DNA of 63,121 nt, the filler included, from Asterionella formosa (taxonomy: Eukaryota): assembly GCA_002256025.1 (NCBI GenBank). It is 22 parts of 22 records of this genome, joined end to end, with 100 filler letters (N's around TTAATTAATTAA, not from the genome) between each part and the next. Parts side by side here need not be neighbours in the genome. Positions count along the whole stretch, not along the records: positions 34,165 to 52,981 come from NKIB01003930.1; positions 53,082 to 54,250 come from NKIB01003931.1; positions 54,351 to 55,519 come from NKIB01003932.1; positions 55,620 to 56,786 come from NKIB01003934.1; positions 56,887 to 58,053 come from NKIB01003935.1; positions 58,154 to 59,320 come from NKIB01003936.1; positions 59,421 to 60,587 come from NKIB01003937.1; positions 60,688 to 61,854 come from NKIB01003938.1; 14 more parts are not named here. One strand, 5' to 3'. Within the stretch, counting starts at the first letter, position 1. Each line of letters begins with the position of its first letter. Below, one piece after another: positions 49,595-61,964 of this stretch. The translations under genes and the position numbers were made by a program. Under the pieces are notes generated by a model. It was not told the origin of the DNA and did not search any database. It saw only the letters and a program-made list of their open reading frames with translations.

Positions 49595-52086
49595 AATGTG
49601 TGTGATTGCTTGTGTGTATGTGAGCAAGGAGTCACAGCAGTACCGATATCAGCAGCAGCTCGTCGGGGTCAATACGGTAGCCGAATAGCTGTCGATAATC
49701 GTTTGTTCACTCTCGTATGATGGGTACCGGTACCAGGTACCAGGTACCGTACAGTCAGTTCTCATCACGGCCATGAATACCGGTAGGCAAGCAATGCATA
49801 CAAATTCAAATTGTGGTACATAATATTCATGCCTGTTTATATGGTATATCACAAATGAGGACGAGCGAATATATGTACCTATATTTGTCAATTTACCCGG
49901 GTACAATCCCGACTCTCATTTATTTATCCTACTATGCCAGAGGAACTCGGCATTCTGTAGCACCACTCAACTTGCTCAGCTACATAGACCTGCTGGCCCT
50001 TTGACAGCAAAAATCAGCCAAACCAACCAACCAACCCTTTCACTCTTGACAAATACATTTCTCCTACAATGCACACTTCTCACAGCACTTTCTTCAAACA
50101 AATGCCTATTCCTCCTCCCACAACCTTCACCTACCTCTCTCCACTTCCAATTCTCCCATATTCACCTGCCTGGATGACCCCTAGCAGACATTCTGGAAAT
50201 CCAAAGAATTGCTGCAGCCCACACTATCTGGCACCAAAGACAAGAACATCAATTTCCTCTGATCTTGCCTCTACTAAATTGGCAACAACCCAACAAGTGC
50301 CTCCTCTCTTGACTGCTAATTTATTATCAGATTCATGGCACATTTATTTTTATTTTCTAATCCAATTCCAGGCAATTACACCTCTGAACAAGTATTTATG
50401 CCAGCACTGCCAAGAACTTCCTTCCAACATTTATGTGCTTTCATCCCAGTTTTTCTTCTATCCTTTTGAAAGCAAACTAGCTAGTAAATAAGCTGCCTTG
50501 CACAACCTTGCAGCTTTCCTTCATCTATCAATTCATTTTGACTGCAGCATTTCATTCATCTAAATACCGACACCTTCCTTAATATCCTCATTCTTAGCTT
50601 CCAAGCTAATCTTCCATCGCCCTTGTTTTTCATTTGATACCATGATCAAATATCCATTCAAGTTTTTCTCCAGCCCTGCAGCAAAGCTGTCTTTTCAATT
50701 TTTTTACATTGGCAGAAAACAGTAACTTGCTCTTTGTCACCTACTGGTGCTATGCTTAATTTCTCTCTCAATCATGACCATCTGTTTTCTCCCTTTCTCC
50801 ACTGTAGTACTCCAAGAGCCACAGGGGTTTCTTGCCTGGCTCGCACCTAATTCCATTTACAAAAAATTATATTTCCTCCATACTCCAAGAGCCATATGGG
50901 CTCCTTGCCTGGTGAATCAAATGCCCTACATTTACAATCCTGGCCATCTGAGCTCCAGTGCAACCCAAAAATTCCACCTCAGTCGACGCTACATGATAAT
51001 GTGTACTTAAGAATTTAATTAGCAAGTATGTATGATATGTTCAACAAGAAAGGTCAGCAGGTTCATAAATATACCATTGTATCCATGCATGAGTGTCGTG
51101 ATGTATGTTTACATAGATAAATAGAGAATTCACATTGTTGGTTGTACATCAAACAATGCAAAGAATTTCAAACGCCATATGAACTATGGGTTAAGACACA
51201 TCATGCAACCACATTCACCATAGTTAGGTTGTGCCCTGGAAGGGAGCAGGTCACTAGTGACATTGTGATCAAAACATTGCTCAGTGAGTTGGCAAAACCA
51301 ATTGATACATAGCTTCTACTGCTGATCCTGGTACAAGGACATACATCACTCAGCCTTTCTTCAATTGCATTCCGAATTCTTGAATCCCAATCAAAGTATC
51401 AGAACTTATTGCCATAGAATTCATCAGGCTTGGCACCAAAAAATGGATGCTTTGGATGCTTCGATAGGGAAGCGCAATCCACAATGGTGAGACAGTCAAG
51501 AGAACTGGTATATTATGATAATATGAAATAAGATATACTTGCTGATACATTATTATACAAATTACTTACATCCATTCATTTAGACAGTTCTAAACCACGT
51601 AGACTATCAGGTACTGGTGTATCCGGCATCGTGAGCATTATTATATAGACTATTCCTTATGTTCTGCTGAAGTGACGAGTGTTTGAAAGCTAAATGTACT
51701 ACTTGATACCTGGTAAAGTCGACCTTTGCATCACGCAATCTACATAATTCCCTAGTAATGGCTTGGTCTGGAAAAATCTGCAGTCAACACTAAACTTGTC
51801 ATTTACCTCACTGTACTTAATATATGCAACAAGGGAGTTCGTGTGTCAAAATATTCTGCCTAAAGCTATAAACATTCCCCATTAGAAGGCTCCCTATGGC
51901 CAAATAAATATAAAACAACAAAAATATATGGCTACAGCAACCACGAGAGTACCCACGTATCTTAAAGTATCGGCATTGGACGGGAGTCAAGCACAAGTAT
52001 ATCGAATTCGGAACAGTTCAAGATTCGAAGGAAAATGTAAACCGTTTCGTCAAAGCGGCAAAACAGTAAAAAATACAGAACTCTCA

Positions 52087-52770
52087 TCATGGATTCCTGT
52101 TTCTTTTCTGTTTTGTTGGTATAGCAGCAAACCCTTCATCATCCACTTGAACTTTGGGCTTTGCTTCTGGAGGCTGTTCACCCAACTGTCGAACTGGTTT
52201 TGGGGGAACTGCAGGCTTCGTCGTTGTCGTAATGGCAAACAACGCTCCTGATGCATATGCTTGAGCAGCAGTACAAGAAGAAATCGCGCCATCTGTACCA
52301 GAGAGGGGTGTGACATCGTCGTCGTCGTCCTCCATGTCATCTTCCTCCAGAACTTGCACCGGAAAGGAATTCATTTGAGCCTCTATTGCCTCGGCAGATT
52401 GCACAATTCGTCGACATAGCGTAACATCTCCTTTGGAACAATCCTCGTACATGTTCCAAATGCATTCTGCTATTTGCTTCTCACTATCATCCTCTAAAGT
52501 TATGCTAAACTCCTCTTCCATGTAAATAGCAAGTGCATCTTCCAAATCCCATATATCCATTTCTTTCGGTGGGAAGGATGTACCATCAAAATGTTTGTAG
52601 ATTTCATCGCGGAGCAGTTCCGCCTTGCGCGACGATTCTACACCACCCCAACCAGACTGGATGGCAGCCCTTAATGCGGACCAACTTCGAAGACAGGCAG
52701 TCACACCTGCCCGGAATTCTTCCATTAGGATCTGATGCTGTTGCTGTTCTTGTTGTTGAGCGCCACTCAT
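52087..52770 (-). CDS. TSR2: Pre-rRNA-processing protein TSR2
   Basis: WSALRAAIQSGWGG (WGG motif), DLEDAL..YM.EEF...LEDDS..QIA, acidic linker and C-terminal DDEGF..I..K. Confidence 0.92.
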   Translation of the reverse strand: MSGAQQQEQQQHQILMEEFRAGVTACLRSWSALRAAIQSGWGGVESSRKAELLRDEIYKHFDGTSFPPKEMDIWDLEDALAIYMEEEFSITLEDDSEKQIAECIWNMYEDCSKGDVTLCRRIVQSAEAIEAQMNSFPVQVLEEDDMEDDDDDVTPLSGTDGAISSCTAAQAYASGALFAITTTTKPAVPPKPVRQLGEQPPEAKPKVQVDDEGFAAIPTKQKRNRNP

Positions 52771-53849
52771 AATTGCAAAGGATTCAATTTTGGTGTGATA
52801 GGATAACTTGTCGTTGAGGGAGAAGGGAAGGGCAACCTACTTGATATGGCCACAACAATAGAAAGGATGCCACTAGATACAACAACACATGTGCATCCCA
52901 ATTGTGAATTGGGTTTTGATGATGTTAACATCCATATAAATAATGTGTGTAGGAAACTATGTATGAATCTGTATATTCAAANNNNNNNNNNNNNNNNNNN
53001 NNNNNNNNNNNNNNNNNNNNNNNNNTTAATTAATTAANNNNNNNNNNNNNNNNNNNNNNNNNNNNNNNNNNNNNNNNNNNNCTGTTATTACCAGCATATT
53101 GTTAACATAGTACCAGTAGACTAATGCTGGTAAATCTCTTTCCTTCTGTAGTGACACATGCAGTCATCTACATATGAATTAAGGACTGTGCATGCTTGTC
53201 TACAAAGTTTAAGAAAAATATTGCTTAACGTTGTCTTGATTAAATTAGATTCCATCATTTGCTTAAACCTAAATAGTCTTTCAGTACTTTAACCCAAAGT
53301 AAAACGATTTGGAAAGTAAAATGGCTGTTGATCCAGTCTAGTACAATAGTAGTGGCTAAGACACCAAAGATGCTAGTTGTTCTTTGACAGGAATGGGAGG
53401 TTGGGATTGGAGGGCAAAAGCCAGAAAGGCTATTTACAAGGGTTGAAAGGAGTAGAGTGAAATTTATTTACTGCTGGTGCTAAATTCTGTGGGAGACAGT
53501 TGCAATGCTAGTTTGTGCTGGTGATACTACTCCTGCAAACACAGCAATAGACCGAATTTATGAGCCATATGGCCAAGACCAAACAGTGACATACATACTC
53601 ATGCATCTGATAAAAGATTGTTGCACTGGTGGGCATTCACTACTGTGTGTTTAGATAATTTCATTGAAATTTTGAAATTTGCAATGTCTTTAGTATTTAC
53701 ATTGCTTGTTTAGTACCTCATTTGTTATTAACTATTTTATCTCCTAGTAGTTTCATGGTTTGCATGTTAACATGCATATTACTAGAAAAGTGGGGAGGTA
53801 CAACAAGGGATTTCATTTCATGACAAAGCTATTAGAGGTGATGGTATTA

Positions 53850-54165
53850 CCCAGTCTATACAAGGCAGTATATATACTGAGCTTTGTCGAAGGTGCTAGT
53901 TAACTACCACTGCACTACATAGCGACGACTTTATGTGCCAGGTACCTGGTACCCTGGTACCCAGTCTAAACGAGTACCGGTACATCGCAACATAGCTTTT
54001 TTGTCGAAGGGTGCCGGTGCACAACAAAGCTACGACTATATGTACTGGTATCTGGTACCCAGTCTACCCTGTACTCAAGTACCGGTATATGTACATCGCG
54101 AGCTTTGTCGAAGGGGCTACCGGTAGTTAACTACCAGTGCAGTACACAGCTACGACTATATGTAT
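53850..54165 (+). repeat. Degenerate ~110-bp tandem repeat, about 3 copies
   Basis: Recurring GCTTT(TT)GTCGAAGG...AGC(T/G)ACGACT.TATGT...CCCAGTCTA units that differ by TA-anchored insertions. Confidence 0.8.
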
Positions 54166-55619
54166 GGCCATAAAAGGTTGCGCTGAGAGTTGATTTATTT
54201 TCGGGTACGTTCGTATTACTTGTAAAAATCAACCCAGGTTGTATTTTTCTNNNNNNNNNNNNNNNNNNNNNNNNNNNNNNNNNNNNNNNNNNNNTTAATT
54301 AATTAANNNNNNNNNNNNNNNNNNNNNNNNNNNNNNNNNNNNNNNNNNNNTTTGAACAGATTCATAATACTCCAAAAAGAATAATGAAGTATGCCGATAC
54401 AATAGTGGCAGAGATTGAAATTGAAGGAAAGATTGCTTTCGAAGAGCAAGGAAACCCAAACAGTTGTTCTTTGCGGATGAAGACTCTATTCCTACAGAGT
54501 CACAGTTCCATCCAGTGTCATATTTTGCTCCTCATTTTCCTGAAATCGCTGATAATGAATAAGAATTCATTGATTCTCATTCATTTGATGAACAAATTCA
54601 TGCGATGAACGAAAATACCGGCGGAAATGTGGCAGACTTCACTTCAGAAGTAGAAATGGTTGAAAAGTTGCAAAACCAAGAAATATGTCTCACTATTCGT
54701 CCAGAACATCAAGATGAACATCATGAAAGCAGAGAAACTATTGCATTTCTAAAAGAAAAGATATTCAAGAAAAAGTCCGAGCTAGATCAAGACCTCAAAT
54801 TCAAGAAGATCAATGCAGACAGAGATGTGATGCTGGCTAAGGCAGTTGATGCACTGAGTTGGGAACGAAGTTTGAAGCACAAAACTGATTCGTTTTCCAA
54901 ATCATACATGGAAGAAAAAGATAAGGATTTCTTTGTAAAATCATCGAGAACAATCCCGAAGGCAGCTACTTTTGTGAAGAGTCGGCATGTTAAATGTGTA
55001 GAGTTATTATGCCAAAGCAAATGGCATTTTCCTTGAGTTTACCGAAATCGCATGGACAACTAAAATTGTGGATATAATTGTACATACGTACCCCACAAGA
55101 AATATGCAATTACGCCTCTGTATTTTATGGAGTCAAAGGTATCAAAAAAATCATCTTCAGATTTTAAAGATCTTGCATATTGGGACCTTGAAACAACAAT
55201 AACCTGCCTCTATGATCCATTATATAATTCATGAACTACATCCAACTGATGTAAAGGTTATATTTGATCTGGATGAGAACCCAGAAAAGGGTAATAACAA
55301 ACCATATATATGACATACCAAGGTGATTGTCATCCACTTCATCATGACAGTAACTACTGTATGTGCTAATTGTTTATTACAAAAGATCAGATGAGGAGGA
55401 AAACAACCATTTTGTGCATTATCTTTTTGCTATAAATGATGGATTATGTCAAGTCCGTGATCGAGGAAAAGATGCAAGTTTGGATGAACATTATGATCAA
55501 GTATTTCACCTTGCCCGTANNNNNNNNNNNNNNNNNNNNNNNNNNNNNNNNNNNNNNNNNNNNTTAATTAATTAANNNNNNNNNNNNNNNNNNNNNNNNN
55601 NNNNNNNNNNNNNNNNNNN

Positions 55620-55666
55620 CCTTCGACCAGCCGCCACTCTCCGCAGGTGTGGGAGCGCGCGCTTGA
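55620..55666 (+). CDS. pheS: Phenylalanine--tRNA ligase alpha subunit, extreme 3' end (bacterial)
   Basis: FDQPPLSAGVGARA*, with its stop overlapping the pheT start (TTGA), in the conserved pheS-pheT order. Confidence 0.7.
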
Positions 55667-56786
55667 AGTTCTCGTTGACCTGGCTCAAGGAACACCTCGA
55701 GACCACCGCCACCGTCGCCGAAATTTGCGATGCGCTGAATGCCATCGGCCTCGAGGTCGAGGGTGTGGAAGATCCGGCCGAGAAGCTCGCGGGCTTCCGG
55801 ATTGCCCATGTGCTGACCGCCGCGCGTCACCCTGACGCCGACAAGCTGCAGGTGCTGACGGTCGATATCGGAGAGGGCCAGCCGCTGCAGGTCGTGTGCG
55901 GCGCGCCCAATGCCCGGGCGGGGATGAAGGGCGTGCTGGGGCTCCCCGGCGCGGTCGTGCCCGCCAACGGCATGGTGCTGAAGAAGAGCGCGATCCGCGG
56001 TGTCGAGAGCAACGGCATGATGTGCTCGGTGCGCGAGCTCGAGCTGGGCGAGGACCACGACGGCATCATCGAACTGCCCGACAATGCACCGGTCGGCACC
56101 AGCTTCGCCGACTACCACGGCGCCGACCCGGTGATCGAGGTGGCGGTGACCCCCAACCGCCCGGACTGCATGGGCGTCCATGGCATCGCCCGCGACTTGG
56201 CTGCCAAGGGGGTGGGGACTCTCAAGCCGATCACCATGCCGGCGTTCTCGGCTGCGGGCGTGTGCCCGGTCGAAATCCGCACCGACGATCCTAAGGGTTG
56301 CCCCGCCTTCTATGGCCGTGTCATCAAGGGCGTGACCAACGGCGCTTCGCCCGAGTGGCTTCAGGCGCGCCTCAAGAGCGCGGGCCAGCGGCCGATCTCG
56401 CTGCTGGTGGACCTCACCAACTACCTGATGCTCGGCTACGGACGGCCGGCCCACGTCTATGACCTCGCCAAGCTGCAAGGCGCGGTGGTCGCGCGGCGCG
56501 CGATGGACGGCGAGCAGGTGCTGGCGCTCAACGAGAAGACCTACACGCTCGATGCCGAGATGGTGGTGATCGCCGATGAGAGCCAAGTGCACGATATCGC
56601 CGGGATCATGGGCGGAGAGCATTCGGGCGTCAGCGAGACGACGACCGACGTGCTGCTTGAGATCGCCTATTTCGACCCCGCCCGCATCGGCGCCACGGGC
56701 CGCAAGCTGGCACTTTCATCGGATGCGCGCACGCGCTTCGAGCGCGGCGTTGATCCGGAGTTTCTGGACGAGGGCCTTGATCTCCT
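55663..56786 (+). CDS. pheT: Phenylalanine--tRNA ligase beta subunit, 3'-partial (alphaproteobacterial, Sphingomonadales-like)
   Basis: MKFSLTWLKEHL, HPDADKLQV, VVCGAPNAR, IRGVESNGMMCS, TPNRPDCMGV.GIARDL, IAGIMGGEHSG and RFERGVD. GC ~65%. Confidence 0.97.
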
Positions 56787-56886
56787 NNNNNNNNNNNNNN
56801 NNNNNNNNNNNNNNNNNNNNNNNNNNNNNNTTAATTAATTAANNNNNNNNNNNNNNNNNNNNNNNNNNNNNNNNNNNNNNNNNNNN

Positions 56887-58053
56887 AAGTGTTCCAGTTA
56901 AAGTATTGTCAGAAAAATCTAGATAATTGAGACTTGTCAAGAGTCCAATCTCTGTGGGAAGTGTGCCAGTGAAAGAATTGTCAGACAAACGTAGATATTT
57001 GAGATTTGTCAAGTGTCCAATCTCTGTGGGAAGTGTGCCAGTGAAAGGATTTCCAGTCAAAAATAGATAATTGAGACTTGTCAAGAGTCCAATCTCTGTG
57101 GGAAGTGTGCCACTGAAATACTTGTGATACAAATTAAGAGAATTGAGACTTGTCAATAGTCCAATCTCTGTGGGAAGTGTTTTAGTGAAAGGATTGGAGT
57201 GCAAAGATAGATAAGAAAGAGATGTCAACAGTCCAATCTCCTTGGGCCGGGGGGCACCAGTGAAAGAATTGGAGGACAAATATATATCTATGAGTATGAG
57301 TTCAATCTCTGTGGGATGTGCGCCAGTGAAAGTATTGTCGGACAAAACTAGAGTTTAGAGACTTGTCAAGAGTCCAATCTCTGTGGGAAGTGTGCCATTG
57401 AAAGTATTGTGAGACAAAATTAGATAATTGAGACTTGTCAATAGTCCAATCTCTGTGGGAAGTGAGCCAGTGAAAGAATTTTCAAACAAAACTAGAGTAT
57501 TGAGACTTGTCAATATTCCAATCTCTGTGGGAAGTGTTCCACTGAAAGAATTTTCAGACAAAACTAGAGTATTGAGACTTGTCAAATTTCCAATCTCTGT
57601 GGGAAGTATGCCATTGAAAGAATTGTAATTGAAGTTTAGACCAGTGAGACTTGTCAATAGTCCAATCTCTGTAGGAAGTGTGCCAGTGAAAGTATTTGAG
57701 GACAAATCTAGATAAGTGAGACTTTTCAATAGTCCAATCTCTGTGGGAAATGTTCCCTTGAAAGTATTCCTAAACAAAATTAGAAAATTGAGACTTTTCA
57801 AGAGTCCAATCTCTGTGGGAAGTGTCCCCCTGAAATCATTGTAGTCGAAGTCTAGATAATTGAGACTTGTCAAATTTCCAATCTCTGTGGGAAGTGTGCC
57901 AGTGAAAGAATTGTAATACAAATCTAGAGAATTGAGACTTGTCAATAGTCCAATCTCTGTGGGAAGTGTGCCACTGAAATAATTGTTTTTGAAGTCTAGA
58001 TAATTGAGACTTGTCAAATTTCCAATCTCTGTGGGAATTGTGCCTCTGAAAGA
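56887..58053 (-). pseudogene. Array of ~16 24-aa plant-type LRRs (72-bp repeats) with an in-frame stop
   Basis: Unit LTSLNYL.L..N.FTGTLPTEIGL. TAA at 57355-57357 and a truncated repeat near 57240-57300. Confidence 0.85.
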
Positions 58054-60886
58054 NNNNNNNNNNNNNNNNNNNNNNNNNNNNNNNNNNNNNNNNNNNNTTA
58101 ATTAATTAANNNNNNNNNNNNNNNNNNNNNNNNNNNNNNNNNNNNNNNNNNNNGCTAGTAATAAAATACCAACATGCTCAGTGTACCTGAGGTAGCCCTT
58201 GTATTTAGCTTAGATGTGTAGTGCAGTTGTTGTGAGCAGCTGGAGAATCCTGCATCATGCCTTTGCCATTTTTACAATGAAAAAAAAATAACAAATTTCT
58301 CCATGGAAAATGGAAAAAATGCTACTACCAGTATGCTGTTGGGTAAATATATATAACACAACATAAATGATACAACCATAAAAAATAATTTTTATAACAC
58401 TAATATTGACAACGGAAATTGAAGTTGCAGATGGCGCATTTCTTCGTCATGTAGGTAAGCGATGCACAAATCAAAACAACAAAGTTACAATGGCCAAGAT
58501 TTAGCACTTTCACAGCATACAACATGCTACACTGATTTACAAAATCAATGATAGTCCATTGATTTTTTCAAAATAACTCTTTTGTTTACAAGTACAGATC
58601 CAGTTGTTGACTACAAATGACTAGAATTTGCTAGTTATTAATAGAATTTGCTGACTACGACTAGAAATTACTGAGCAATTTGTGAACTCTAGAACCAAAC
58701 CGTCTTCCAGCTCCTGAATACTATCACCCGTAGAAGTAGTTGAACATGATTTCGATGCTCAGAAGATGACTTTGATTTAATGAATGATGATTTAACGGCA
58801 TAGAAAGATACTTAAGAGAGTTTGGAATGGAAAGTCAGTCTAGCCCTTCCGGTAGACATGGGACAAATCATTGGGAGTGAGTCGAAAGTGAAAAAATGCT
58901 CATAAAACGTGCAAGAAAAAAAGCTTAGATTATGCGCATCTTTTGTATACATTTAAAGACTACCGGTATGGATACAACATAGTGAGTACCAGGTATTCCC
59001 GGTACCTGGTACCTGGTACACATGGAGCAGTCCTCCTGACATATGGAAATTTTTGCTCCGGTACATCGTCTACAGACACGTCATGTAGGCCAAAAGGTAT
59101 TTAAGAAATTTTTTATGGGAATCCCAACTTGCTGCTCCAGTCTGCCTCGAAACATGATGATGGATCAAAGATACACCCAAGTCTCCATTGCCGAGATTAT
59201 TTCCTATTCTAGCCTTCCATATGTCTTCATGTTGCACTAATCGCAAAGTGAGCCTACTTCAGAAAGAGGACATACATATCATTAGAGGACATTCCAGCAA
59301 TGACAGTTGACAATCAACATNNNNNNNNNNNNNNNNNNNNNNNNNNNNNNNNNNNNNNNNNNNNTTAATTAATTAANNNNNNNNNNNNNNNNNNNNNNNN
59401 NNNNNNNNNNNNNNNNNNNNTAAATTGCCAACAGAAAGCACGTGTATCCAGGTCTTGAACATCTAATTAATCAGTCACGTACTGGTAAGCACATGTATAT
59501 GTTCAAGTCCTGTGAGCCAGCGCCGGGTCGGCTACTGGACAGCGACCTCTACAAATTAGTATGTGACTTGAGCTAACTTTCTAGCACAAGTGCGCCAAAA
59601 TTTGGAAAGTAAAATGATAATAGAAACCGATGCAAGAAATACTTATCAATATTTGTATGTTTCCAACCATGGAAAAGACAATGGGGATCATGACATTTTG
59701 AAAAACGGAAGTGGGCAAAGCTAAAATCGCCATCATCAGTAAATCTAGTCGTGGGTGTGTACATTTGGGGAGATAGGAACATTGGATTTACGGTAGATAT
59801 ATCTTCAGTGATACAAAAAATCATTTTTCATCTATACTGATATCGCAATAGAAGTGATCATAGAAAAACTTACCGGTATCGAACAGCAGCTCATGATTTA
59901 AGTGATCATGGTGGTTTAATTGCAAAAGATTGATAGCAGAAAACATAACTCAAAGGTAGTTAGGTGTGAGCGATGATTTGATTGTATGAGCAGTGTGAGG
60001 CTGGATCACTTCTATCTCATTTGAATTGGTGTAACGGAGGAAGATTGTAGTGACAGGGAGACCAAGCTGTTTCACCAATGTGAGATAAGTTCATGGCTGA
60101 TGCTGAGGTATCAACTTGACAGTTGTTATAATATCAAGCGGGTGACTATTTTATACCTCTCCCACTCTTATATTTCCGGGATAGTGCCTGGTAGGTAATC
60201 CAATTGCTCATTGCTCATAGCAGCCGATTTTCGATCTTACTCGCTGGTAAGTTTATTGTGTGACATTAGATGTTGGAAAAAGGAAGTCGTTGATTTGAGT
60301 CCGATCTCACTCTCCTGTGCACCAAAAAACAATACCCCTAATTTCTTGGGCGGAGCAGCCAAATCTGAAGGGGAGATAGAGGATTCGTAATCAAATTTTC
60401 GGTGGTCTGAATGACAAAACATGTTGTTAATCATGGCATCCAACCCTATTTGTAGACGACAACAGCTTCATGTGTTTAGCTTAGTATTCAAAATCATCAA
60501 AGGAAGGCTAAAATTCTAGTCGTGACTTTGAGGGTCGAAAAATCAGACATGTAGGGAGGACAGAAGAAGCGATGGAAAAAGGAAATGNNNNNNNNNNNNN
60601 NNNNNNNNNNNNNNNNNNNNNNNNNNNNNNNTTAATTAATTAANNNNNNNNNNNNNNNNNNNNNNNNNNNNNNNNNNNNNNNNNNNNTACTAGTGCCTAC
60701 GAGGACAAAAAGAATTATAGCACGTTACTTTGTCTATGACAAGAAAATTATTGGGTGTTTGGTTCCACCTCGAGAAAAATGTACAGGGGGGTCCAGCAAC
60801 CATAGGGGGGGTCCAGGACAATGAAGTATACGGTAGTACCTTTTACTCAAACCATGTACCGGTCTACCGGTGGTGGTACCCTGGTA

Positions 60887-60982
60887 CCAGCAAGTTGCGG
60901 TAATTTTGCTGAAACTAAAGGTTTAGCTATCTTTATCCTAGATTAAAATGTCAGTTTAAGCAAAGTGACCGCAACTTGCAGG
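60887..60982. mobile_element. 96-bp MITE with 24-bp TIRs and TA target duplication
   Basis: TA-CCAGCAAGTTGCGGTAATTTTGCT ... AGCAAAGTGACCGCAACTTGCAGG-TA (21/24 match). Confidence 0.85.
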
Positions 60983-60989
60983 TACCTGG

Positions 60990-61184
60990 TGAGCATAACG
61001 GCGCATCAATACAGATGTATATAGGGCTAGTGTTATATCATATATATCACAACTCAATAATGAGAGAGCTCAACTAACCCTTATTGAATACTTTGGTGTT
61101 GACTTAGAGAATGAGTTGCACACAAGGATTAACTAATAAGCTCAAACATTCAACAAATACTACTACTTCTAGTTAGATACTTCA
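60990..61184 (+). repeat. Solo LTR of the Gypsy family at 10795
   Basis: TGAGC...GCGCATCAATACAGATG...TAGTTAGATACTTCA, colinear with 10795-10991. Confidence 0.85.
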
Positions 61185-61672
61185 CTTTGAATTCAAAAAG
61201 AGTCCAATTAGATTAATAATGTTGACCCATCGGTCCCATTGATGAAGGATAACAACATACTAAACATCAAGGCTCATCCTCTTTGTGTATCCCTACCAGG
61301 TGGATGTTTGGAGTCTTTCAACCAAGAAATGATCAATGGACACTAAGTGGAAGCTTGTTGATTGATTTCAGTAAATCCTGTCCATGAGATGGCAACACTG
61401 ATATATCCACCATACAGAACACGGTATTTTGTACAAATCCATCATAATTAAACCATCTGGACAAATAAGCAAACTTGAAAAATATCAAGACCTGCTGGTA
61501 CTTCTGTTGCAGGATACAAGCTGATGGATTAAATTTTGGGAGCATCATGTTGTATGAAAAAGTACTGGCAAAGGAAGAAAAGGACCTGCTATGCATGGTA
61601 CTATATATTAATTATTAATGTTCGATAGACAACGACGATCTACCATGTACCGGTAGTACACTGAATTATTCG

Positions 61673-61842
61673 GTATATAGGGTTAGAGTTATATCATATA
61701 TATGAGAACTCAATAATCAGAGAACTCTACTCTTACTGTATACTTACTACTTCGGTGTTGACTTTGAGAACGAGTTGCATATCAAGATTAAATAATAAAC
61801 TAATACCGGGTATACCGTTATTCAACAAATACTACTACTTCT
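61673..61842 (+). repeat. Older, degenerate copy of the same LTR
   Basis: GTATATAGGGTTAG...TTCAACAAATACTACTACTTCTA with TA-anchored insertions. Confidence 0.8.
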
Positions 61843-61964
61843 ATATACCCGATANNNNNNNNNNNNNNNNNNNNNNNNNNNNNNNNNNNNNNNNNNNNTT
61901 AATTAATTAANNNNNNNNNNNNNNNNNNNNNNNNNNNNNNNNNNNNNNNNNNNNATAGTAGTAA

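Noticed and set aside
54384..55519. Broken plus-strand ORFs
   Set aside because: Looks like decayed coding sequence, but no family could be recognised.
55564..56622. 352-aa antisense ORF and other alternate-frame ORFs over pheT
   Set aside because: Shadow ORFs caused by high GC; pheT explains the region.
55620..56786. Horizontal transfer of pheT into the eukaryote
   Set aside because: It is an isolated contig with no host flanks and unameliorated GC, so contamination is simpler.
56887..58053. 72-bp periodic repeat as a CRISPR array
   Set aside because: The period is 24 codons and translates to LRRs; there are no unique spacers or cas genes.
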